DNA from: Verrucomicrobiota bacterium
GTDB lineage: Bacteria > Verrucomicrobiota > Verrucomicrobiia > Limisphaerales > UBA1319
Length of the DNA stretch: 64,000 nt
Direction: 5' to 3'
Assembly (NCBI GenBank): GCA_022709905.1
Contig: JAKLHY010000001.1
Location: 77,463-141,462 of the forward strand
This document shows positions 9,856 through 19,500 of this stretch, in pieces (position 1 is the stretch's first letter; each line of letters opens with the position of its first letter). The position numbers and the translations under genes are program-made. The notes beneath the pieces are model-generated. The model worked only from the letters and a program-made list of their open reading frames with translations, did not search any database and had not been told where the DNA came from.

Positions 9856-11232
9856 ATGGACAAAATCCTTGCTTACCTTAAGAAAAACGAAAAGCGATTC
9901 ATCCGGGAACTCTGCGATTATGTCCGGTTTCCCAGCATTTCCGCTCAGCCCCAGCATCGCGGAGATGTGCGGGCATGCGCCGACTGGCTGGTCAAGCACT
10001 GCCGCCAAATTGGCATCAAGACGACCTTGCATCCCACGGCCGGTCACCCGATCGTCCTGGCCCGCACCTTCGATCGCCGCACTCCGGGCCGCCCTCATTT
10101 TCTCCTCTACGGTCATTACGATGTCCAGCCTGTCGATCCGCTGAATCTATGGAAACATCCGCCCTTCGAACCCCGAATCACCAACGGCGTCCTGTATGGC
10201 CGGGGCGCCAGTGACAACAAAGGGCAGCACTTCGCCCATCTCAAGGCTGTGGAGGCCTATCTGAAAACCGGGACGGCCCTCCCGTGCGATCTCACCCTGC
10301 TGATCGAAGGCGAAGAAGAAACCGGCGGTGTTTCCTTGCCCGGCTTCCTGCGAGAGCACCGATCCGACCTGCGGTGCGATGCCGTCGTCATCTCCGATAA
10401 CGGCATTCCGGACCTGAAGCATCCGGGATTGACCTACGCCCTTCGGGGGATTGCGGCGCTCGAAGTGCGCGTCGAAGGGCCGGCGCGAGACCTGCATTCC
10501 GGGCTCTTTGGAGGCTCGGTGGATAATCCAGCCCTGGTGCTTTGCCAGCTCCTGGCCTCGTTGCGCGATGGTCACGGACATCTCACGATTCCCGGACTTT
10601 ATGATGAGGTTCAACCCTTGTCCCGATTCGAGCGTCAAGCCATGGCTCGCGTTCCCTTCTCCGAACGCCATTACCGCCGGCTGTTGGGTGTGCCCAGGCT
10701 CTTTGGCGAAAAAGGCTTTACCCCCAATGAACAACGCACCGCCCGGCCTACCCTCGAAATCAACGGCTTGACCAGCGGTTATCAAGGCGAGGGCAGCAAG
10801 ACCATCGTCCCCGCCTGGGCAAGCGCCAAGCTCACCCTGAGACTGGTGCCCAATCAAAAACCGAGACGCGTCCTCGAGCTTGTCCGACGGCATCTGCGCA
10901 AGATTTGTCCTCCGACTGTCCGGTTGATTGTCAAGCTCGGGCACTGCGGAGATCCTTATTGGGTTTCTCCGCAAGGACCCATGGCTCGGGCCGCCATGAA
11001 AGCGCTGCAAGAGGCTTTTGGATGCGAACCGGTGTTGTTGCGCGAGGGAGGATCCATCCCGATCGTCAATGATTTCAAGACCATTCTCGGCGCGGAGACC
11101 TTGCTGCTGGGATTGTCCCTGCCCGACGACAATCCCCATTCCCCCAACGAAAAATTTGATCTCGCCTGTTTTCGCCACGGGATGCGTTTGGGCGTCGGCC
11201 TCTGGTCTCGGCTCAGCGCGAACCCGCGTTGA
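9856..11232 (+). CDS. M20 family metallopeptidase (dipeptidase / ArgE-DapE-CPG2-like)
   Basis: LLYGHYDVQPVDP...GRGASDNKGQ, LIEGEEETG, and a C-terminal HSPNEKF motif, all typical of M20 dipeptidases. Confidence 0.8.
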   Translation: MDKILAYLKKNEKRFIRELCDYVRFPSISAQPQHRGDVRACADWLVKHCRQIGIKTTLHPTAGHPIVLARTFDRRTPGRPHFLLYGHYDVQPVDPLNLWKHPPFEPRITNGVLYGRGASDNKGQHFAHLKAVEAYLKTGTALPCDLTLLIEGEEETGGVSLPGFLREHRSDLRCDAVVISDNGIPDLKHPGLTYALRGIAALEVRVEGPARDLHSGLFGGSVDNPALVLCQLLASLRDGHGHLTIPGLYDEVQPLSRFERQAMARVPFSERHYRRLLGVPRLFGEKGFTPNEQRTARPTLEINGLTSGYQGEGSKTIVPAWASAKLTLRLVPNQKPRRVLELVRRHLRKICPPTVRLIVKLGHCGDPYWVSPQGPMARAAMKALQEAFGCEPVLLREGGSIPIVNDFKTILGAETLLLGLSLPDDNPHSPNEKFDLACFRHGMRLGVGLWSRLSANPR

Positions 11233-11479
11233 ACGGCTGCGATCCGGGCGTGTATTCGCCCGCCAGCCGCTTGAACCTTGCCCGGCCGGCGATTAAAGAT
11301 TGCCATGCGGTTCCTTTTTGGACAGAATCCCGGCGTCGCTGGGGATTGTTCGAAGGCCGCCGGCTGAGATCAGGAATCGAATGCAACTGACGATCCGGAC
11401 GGTTGGGACTGTGGATGCCCTTTTGTCGGCAGCGCCGAGTCGTGGGTTGGACAATCCGCGGTGATGCAATTCTACTGTT

Positions 11480-12811
11480 ATGACCAGCATGAAAAGTCAA
11501 ACCGCCACCGATTTCCAACCGGTCAGCGCCATGGATTTCCTGCCGGTGCCCCAGTTGCGGCAAGTCCAACTGCAGCGCCTCCAAGCCATCGTCGCGCGAG
11601 CCTATCAAAACGTCCCGCTGTTCCGTCAACGGATGGAAGCCAGGGGAGTAACCCCCGCCGATCTTGGCACCTTGGAGGACATCGTTCGTCTGCCTTTCAC
11701 CGAAAAAGCCGATCTCCGGGATACCTATCCTTTTGGTTTGTTCGCCAGTCCCATGACCGAGATCGTCCGGCTGCATGCCTCCAGCGGGACCACAGGCAAA
11801 CCCATCGTGGTCGCCTATACCCAGGAGGACGTGGACGATTGGACCAACGCCATGATGCGAAGTTTTGCGGCGTGCGGCCTCCACCGGGGAGATATCATCC
11901 AAAATGCTTACGGGTACGGCCTGTTCACCGGCGGCCTGGGCGCGCATTACGGCGCTGAAGCCCTGGGGGCCACCGTCATCCCCATTTCCGGGGGCAATAC
12001 CGACCGCCAGATCATGGTCCTCAAGGATTTTGGCGTGACGGCCATCTGCTGCACACCCAGCTATTTCCTCCATGTTGTCGAGCGGGCCGGTGAATTGGGA
12101 GTGAAACTCCGGGATCTGCCCCTCAAGGCCGGCATCTTCGGCGCCGAACCCTGGACCGAAGCCATGCGGCAGCGCATCCAAGCCGAGTCCGGTATCAAGG
12201 CCTACGATATCTATGGCCTTTCTGAAATCACGGGCCCCGGCGTGGCCATGGAATGCCGCTGCCAGGCCGGTCCGCATCTTTTTGAGGACCTCTTCTATCC
12301 GGAGATTATCGATCTGAAGACGGGCGAACCCTGCGCCGATGGGCAGGAAGGCGAACTTGTCCTGACAACCCTGTGCAAACGCGCCATGCCAATGATCCGC
12401 TATCGGACTCACGATATCACCGCCATCACCTCCGAGCCCTGTGCCTGCGGACGAAGCCTCCGCCGGATCCTTCGCATCGCGCGCCGCAGCGACGACATGC
12501 TCATCATCCGCGGCGTCAACCTCTATCCCTCCCAGGTCGAAGCCGCCTTGCTCGCTGTCGAAGGCACCCTGCCGCATTACCAGATCATCGTGGATCGCCA
12601 GAAAGGCCTCGATTCCGTTGAAGTCCAAGTCGAGGTAACCCCCGAGTTCTTCAGCGACAAAGTCAGCGCCTTGGAGGGCCTTCAATCCCAATTGGCCCAT
12701 TCCATTGAGCGAATCACCGGTCTGCGCATGGAGGTCCGTCTGGTCCAACCCCACACCCTGCAGCGCAGTGAGGGCAAAGCCAAACGGGTCATCGATAAAC
12801 GTAAAATGTAG
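11480..12811 (+). CDS. Phenylacetate-CoA ligase (PaaK) family adenylate-forming enzyme, copy 1
   Basis: LPFTEKADLRDTYPFG, HASSGTTGKP, YGLSE..GPGVA.EC, IRYRT.D, and a C-terminal EGKAKRVIDKR, characteristic of PaaK-type aryl-acetate CoA ligases. Confidence 0.85.
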   Translation: MTSMKSQTATDFQPVSAMDFLPVPQLRQVQLQRLQAIVARAYQNVPLFRQRMEARGVTPADLGTLEDIVRLPFTEKADLRDTYPFGLFASPMTEIVRLHASSGTTGKPIVVAYTQEDVDDWTNAMMRSFAACGLHRGDIIQNAYGYGLFTGGLGAHYGAEALGATVIPISGGNTDRQIMVLKDFGVTAICCTPSYFLHVVERAGELGVKLRDLPLKAGIFGAEPWTEAMRQRIQAESGIKAYDIYGLSEITGPGVAMECRCQAGPHLFEDLFYPEIIDLKTGEPCADGQEGELVLTTLCKRAMPMIRYRTHDITAITSEPCACGRSLRRILRIARRSDDMLIIRGVNLYPSQVEAALLAVEGTLPHYQIIVDRQKGLDSVEVQVEVTPEFFSDKVSALEGLQSQLAHSIERITGLRMEVRLVQPHTLQRSEGKAKRVIDKRKM

Positions 12812-12865
12812 GCGCCCCACGCTCGGGAACCCTCGTCGTCTTGGTCCGCTTATGAAAGGAACGGT

Positions 12866-13306
12866 ATGAAACTTAAACAACTGTCTCTGTTTCTTGAAAA
12901 CAAACCCGGCACGCTCTCCGCGCCCTGCCGAATCCTGGCCGAAGCCGGGATCAACCTCCTCACTTTAACCGTGGCCGATACCCTTCAGTTTGGTATTTTG
13001 CGCATTGTCGTCCGCGATTGGGAAAAGGCCAAAAAAATCCTGGAAGACCATGGCTGCGTCGTCAAGGTCTCCGATGTGGTCGCCATCGAGGTGGATGACC
13101 GCCCCGGAGGCATGATGAGGATCCTCGACGTCCTTGAAAAATACCGGATCAATGTCGAATACATGTACGCCTTCACCTCAAAACAGGAGGACAAAGGCGT
13201 CCTGGTGTTCCGCTTCGATGATGCCGACGGCGCCATCCGCGCCATGCAAAGCAACAATATCAGCGTGGTGGATTCGGTGGCCTTGTTTAAACGGATGGAT
13301 GCCTGA
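12866..13306 (+). CDS. ACT domain-containing protein, copy 1
   Basis: Tandem ACT-like halves: LSLFLENKPGTLSAPCRILAEAGINL and AIEVDDRPGGMMRILDVLEKYRINV. Confidence 0.8.
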   Translation: MKLKQLSLFLENKPGTLSAPCRILAEAGINLLTLTVADTLQFGILRIVVRDWEKAKKILEDHGCVVKVSDVVAIEVDDRPGGMMRILDVLEKYRINVEYMYAFTSKQEDKGVLVFRFDDADGAIRAMQSNNISVVDSVALFKRMDA

Positions 13307-13561
13307 TCAAAAGCTTCCGGCGAGTTGTCGGTATCGGAATTTCGACTCGATCCGGTTGAAAAAAGCGCCCTGGGGCAATAATTATATTGCCAAGCCGCCG
13401 CGGTTTTGGTTGAATTTGCTCCATCGCAACAAGTTGATGTTTGTTCCTGACCGACCGATCCTCCCGTGTACAGCGGGTGGAGGTCGGGTTTGTCGCTGGC
13501 GTTGGTCAGCGGTGCGCCCGGCCTCGGTTGGGGTGTAACGATGAAAAGCAGAGGATATAAT

Positions 13562-16500
13562 ATGCGAAGCTCCTTCATGAAAGCCTTAACCTTGGTATTA
13601 CTCTTGGTGGGTCTAAATGCCCGCGTCCAAGCGGGATACATCCTCCGAGTTTTTTACGACGGGATTCCCGGGAGTGCGGTCTCCGACCTCACCAGCGCCC
13701 CGAGTTTTCCTAACGGACCTAACCCAGACGGCAGCCCGCTGCAGACCGAAATGCTGACCGATCTGTTCGAGGGATTGCCCATCTCCGGCAATGGCGCGGA
13801 TAATTACGGCAGTTGGATCCGAGGTTTCCTGGAAGTCCCAGCCACGGACGACTACACTTTCTATATTGCCAGCGATGATGATTCCCAATTATGGCTGAGC
13901 ACCGATTCCAATCCGGCCAATAAAAAGCTGATTTCCAGCGTGACCGGTTGGACTGGAGCCCGCGAATGGACCAAATACGCCAGCCAAAAATCCGCGCCAG
14001 TCAAGTTGACCGCCGGCCAAAAGTACTATGTGGAGGTTCTCCAAAAGGAAGGTGGCGGTGGCGATAACATCGCGGTGGGATGGCAGCGCCCGGGCACCGG
14101 CATTGCCCCCATCCCGGCGCTCTACCTGCAGGGCTACCCCATGGCCGAGTTTCCGGACCCGAGCTTCCTGACCCAACCCCGGTCGATGACGGTCCCTGAA
14201 AATTCGTTCGTGACCATCTTTGCCAATCTCAACGCATCGCACCCCGTCAATTACCAGTGGCTCAGAAATGGTCTCCCGGTGCCGGGCGCCGTGATGTCCT
14301 CCTATACGTTCAAGGTCACCCTCGCCGATAACGGCACGGTGTTTTATTTGATCGCCGGAAACGGCCGCGGCCTGCTCGTCAGCGATCCCGCCACCATCAC
14401 CGTCGTTCCCGATACTACCCCCGCGACGATCGCATCGGTCGAGTCCTCGATGTTTAATCCTTATGAAATCAAGGTCAGCTTCTCGGAACCCATCCAGGTT
14501 CCCACAGCGGCCAACTTCGCCCTCGATAAAGGGGCCACAGTCACCGAAGCCAAAATGGGCGCCAACGATACCACGGTTGTCCTGAAGACCTCGGAGCTGA
14601 TGATCGGCGGCAGCTATACCCTCACGGCCGTGGGTGTGCTCGACAAGGCCACCGTTCCCAACGGCTCCAATTCTTCCAAGGAATTCAGCATTGCGTCCCA
14701 AGTTAAGTTTAATGTCATCGACGGTACCAGCGGCACCGGCACCAATGATTTCCTCAACAACGCGAAATACAAGGCCAAGTCTTTTGATCGTTCTGTCTGG
14801 GTCAATGGCTTGGCGGTTCCCTGGAACTTCGGGGAATATTACATCGGGCAGTTGGAGGCTTACCTCATCCCTCCGACCACCGGTGATTACACCTTCTGGG
14901 TCTACGCCGATGACGGCTGTCTCCTTTACCTGAGCTCCGACGATTCCCCCGCCAACAAGAAAGTCATCGCCGGTTTCAATGGCTGGACCGACGAGCGGCA
15001 ATACGACAAATACAACGATGTGGCAGGTGGCGCCTACCAGAAGTCCGCCCCGATCACTCTGGAAGCCGGCAGACGTTATTACCTGGAAGCCGTGGTGATC
15101 GAAGGCAGCGGCGGTGACGGCATTGGCGTTGCTTGGAGAAAACCCGGCGAACCCGCCGAAGTCACCAATGGAGACCAAAGCGTTGTCATCAGCGGTGCCG
15201 CGCTCGCTTACTACGGCCCGACGGGTCCCATCACGATCACTGAACAGCCAGTGAATGTCACCGTGAACGAAAACGAGACCGCAACCTTCTCGGTCAAGGT
15301 TACGGGAATGCCGTCCTACAATTACCAATGGTATCAGGATGGTGTTGCGATTGCGGGCGCCACCGGGGCTTCCTATTCCGTCAAAGCCACCGCGGCGCGC
15401 GCCACAGACAAATACTGGGTTGTGGTGAATAACCAGTTCAGTGAAGCAACCAGCGACATTGTGAATATCAATGTCGTGCTGGATCTTGACTCACCGACCG
15501 TCGTCGGGGCCGGCAGTCTGACGACCAATGTCGTTCACGTGGTCTTCAACGAAGGCGTTGACTCGGCGACCGCCACAACCAAAGCGAACTACGTTCTGAA
15601 ACGCGGCGATGGCGCGGCGGTCAACGTCAATAGCGCCGAGCTGCTCAACCCCAGCACTGTCCTGCTCAAAACCGCGGATCTGGTGAGCGACACCGAGTAT
15701 GAATTGGCGATCAGCAATGTGAAGGATGCCGCCCAGGCCGGCAATGTGATGACCAACGTCACGGTGATGTTCAAGCCCATCAACCTCTGGCAAACCGTGC
15801 GAATCAACAACACCCAGGCTTACAGCGCCGTTGCCTTGGGCGACAGGATCGAAACGATCGCCGGTGGCGCCGATATCTGGGGCAACTCCGATCAGTTCGT
15901 ATTCACCTACAAGCAGGTGACCGGGAACTTCGACTATGTGGTCAAGCTGGAATCCCTCGACAATTCGGATCCTTGGGCGAAAGCGGGTCTGATGGCGCGG
16001 GCCACGTTGGACGCCGGCAGCCGGCATGTGATCAACGCCGGCACTCCGGGCGCGGGCAATAACCTGCTAACCATGCAGTACCGCGACACGACGGGTGGGG
16101 CTAGCTCGGATTCTCCGACGGTCCAGATCAAGCCCCCGAGCTTCCAGTATCCGAACGCCTGGTTGCGCATGCAGCGCATCGGAAGCGTCTTCTATTGCTA
16201 TTACAGCCCGAATGGCGTGGATTGGATCCAACACAACAAGAAGGATTCCGCCACCAGCACTGAAGGCGCGATGCCGGATACGCTGTACGTCGGTTTGGCG
16301 GTCTGCAGCCATTCCACGACCAAGACGACAAAAGCGATCATGACCGGTTTCGCGGTGCCGCCATCGGTTCCGTTTGAACTCAAGGCCCAGCCGCAGAGCC
16401 AGACCGCGCTCCAAGGCAACAAGGCCACCTTTAGCGTGAGTATTGCCGGCAATCCGCCCTATTTCTATCAGTGGCAGAGAAACGGACAGAACATCTCGGG

Positions 16501-19500
16501 AGCCACGAGCGGCTCCTACACGACACCCGCCCTGAAGTATAACTTGGACGACGGCGCGATTTATCGCTGCATCATCTCTAATCTCCTGGGCAGCGTGCTC
16601 ACCAGCGACGAGGCGAAATTGACCGTCCCGAGCGACACTAACGCGCCCACAGTCGTATCGGCCACTGGCAGCATGTTCTTCAACAAGGCCACGGTGGTCT
16701 TCTCGGAACCGGTGGATCCTGCATCCGGCGGCAACCTGGCCAACTACGCCGTTGACGGCGGCCTGACCCTCGAGGCGGCTCAAGTCAATGGCGCCAGTGT
16801 TATGCTGACCACCAGCGCTCAAACCCCGGGCAAGAAATACAACCTCACGATCAATAACGTAACTGACTTGGTGGGTTATAAGATTCCCGCCAATTCGAAG
16901 GTAAGTTTCTCCGGTTGGGTTCTGGTGCCAAACCTGGCGGTGTTGGATGTGTTCGACAACATCAGCGGAACCGCTGTTGCTGATCTGACCAAGACGGACA
17001 AATATAAAAATAACACCCCCGATCGATCCTTCGCCTATAATAAGGCCGAATCGGCTTCCGGCATTGCGGACAATTATGGTGCCCGATTGGCGACCATCGT
17101 GACCCCGCCGGAAACCGGGGACTACTTCTTCTACGTTTACTCAGATGACGCGTCTGAGCTGTATATCAGCACGGACGAGAACCCCGCCAACAAAGGCACC
17201 ACGCCAATAGCCAAAGTAAATACCTGGACGAATGTGAAGCAGTGGACCAAAGAGCCAAACCAGAAGTCCGCTGCGGTCAGCCTCGAGGCTGGCAAGCAGT
17301 ATTATATCGAAGCGCTCGTTAAAGAAGGCGGTGGCGGCGATCATGTGGGTATCGCCTGGGTCGCTCCTAGCCAGCAGATCAGCCCGAGCTACAGTGCCCA
17401 GGGAGAAAACTCAGGTTCAGGCGAAACCGCTCCGAAGGCATTCGACAAGAGCACCAGCACCAAGTGGCTGGATTTCGCCAATGTCGCAGCGGGCACCGTG
17501 GATGTTAAGATCAACTTCCAAAATACCAATTCGGCAGGCTACGCTGGTTACCTGCCTGATAATGGTTTCGTATTTGCCGATCAGGGCAACGGTTACAGTT
17601 ATGGCTGGAACCAGGACAACTCCGCCAACGCCCGTGACCGCAACAATACGGCGTCGCAAGACGAACGGTATGACACGTTCAATCACATGGAGAAACCCGG
17701 CGGTCCGTGGATTTGGGAAATTGAACTCCCGAACGACCTCTATCAAATCCACATTGTTGGCGGCGATCCCAGCAACTTCGACTCCACGATCAAGCTTATG
17801 GCCGAGGACGTTCTGATCGTCAACGGCGATCCTTGCACCACCGATCAACGGTTCCGCGAAGGAACCGGCCTCGTGGACTTGAAGGATGGCAAACTGACCA
17901 TCTCCGTGGCTCCCGGTGCGGCCAATGCCAAGATTGCCTTCCTCGAGATCAAGAATGGCATCAGCAAGCGCGCCAGCTGGATCCAATACCTGTACGCGGG
18001 CACCGGAACCAAGGCCGTTACGCAATACAACGTCGTCTCCGCCAACGACGCGCCCGAGCGCGATCCGATGGATTGGAAGTTCTACGGCGTGAATGAAGAC
18101 GGATCCATGGATCTGCTGGATACGCAGACCGGCCAGTCGTTTGCGGCCCGTTATTCTCGAAACACCTATCCGATCGCCAATACGCAGGAATATCGAGGCT
18201 ATCGATTGGTGATTGACTCCGTGAAGAATCCCGCCACAGCCAACTCCGTGCAGTTGTCGGAGATCGAGCTGATCGATGCGACGGGCGCCAACACGACCGA
18301 GAAGGTCTTCGGCGATGGCGATGCGGCGATTGGCTCGCAGTATATCGCCTTCTACGTCAATCCGGATAAATCCTTCATCAATATTACGCAGCATCCGACT
18401 AGCGCCACCGTTGTCGAAAACCGGACGGTGACCTTCTCGGTGACGGCAACGGGCGGATCGCAATACTCGAGCGCGCCGAGCTATCAATGGCAGCGCGATG
18501 GTGTGGATATTCCCGGAGCCACAGGCGCCAGCTACACGACTCCATTGCTGACAACGGCCGATTCTGGCGCGAAGTTCCGTTGCGTGTTGTCGGTGCCGGC
18601 CCTCACGGTCAATAGCGAGGAAGCCACACTGACGGTCAATGCCGACAATGCGCCGCCAGTCGTCAGTGGCGCCGCCGGCCTGGTGGGCAGCTGGCAGATC
18701 AACGTGTTCTTCGATGAACTGGTTGATCCTGACACGGCTACCGATATCGCCAATTACGGTGTCCTCGGCGGTCTGGTGAGTGATGCCGAGATGGCCCGCG
18801 ATGGCAAGACCGTTCTACTGACGGTGGAATGGTTGGCGGGTGATTCCGCCCAAGTCTGGGTCAATAACATCCAGGATCTTAAGGGCAACACCATGACCAC
18901 GGCTGCCTATATCACTGCTCCTTTGAGCCAGCTCACGGCGCGCGATGTGGGTACCCAGGATTCAACGACCTTCCTGTTCACCGATCCTCTCGAGAAGGGC
19001 CAGACAATTGCCCTCACCACGAAGGACTTCAACGTGATCGCCGGCGGCAGTGATATCTGGAATAAGGCAGACGGATTCCACTTCGCTTACGAGCGCAAGA
19101 CCGGTGACTTCGATATGGCCGTTCAAGTGGCACGGCTGGACATCGCCAATAATTGGAGCAAGGCAGGCATCATGGCTCGCGAGAAGATTACGGCGGGCAG
19201 CCGCAATGTGAACCTTGTGGTAGATCCGAAGGGCACCGTCCAGGCTCCCGACGGGTCCGGCACCGGCGCCAATCGTTACGAGGCGAACAATCGTCCCACC
19301 GAAGGCGGTGACAGCTCGGCGTGGCCGAATCTGGCCAACAATCTGGATGTGCCATATCCGAATGCCTGGCTGCGGTTGCAGCGCGTGGGGAACACCTTCG
19401 TGGCTTACCGCGGCAGCAACGGGGTAGATTGGATCGAGATTGCCCGGATGACGGCGGAATACCCGGCCGACATGTATGTGGGCTTGGCCCTCACGGCGCA

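Noticed and set aside
11213-12880. 555-aa minus-strand ORF opposite the first PaaK-like gene. Similar long antisense or alternate-frame ORFs exist elsewhere (593..1396, 6711..7803, 8437..9444, 10147..11178, 22431..23924 plus-strand frames, 33642..34346, 49407..50354, 50907..52343).
   Set aside because: In each case the opposite strand or another frame has strong family motifs (SSGTTGKP, AAA+ motifs, Rossmann folds and so on). These ORFs show only low-complexity, high-GC-type composition.
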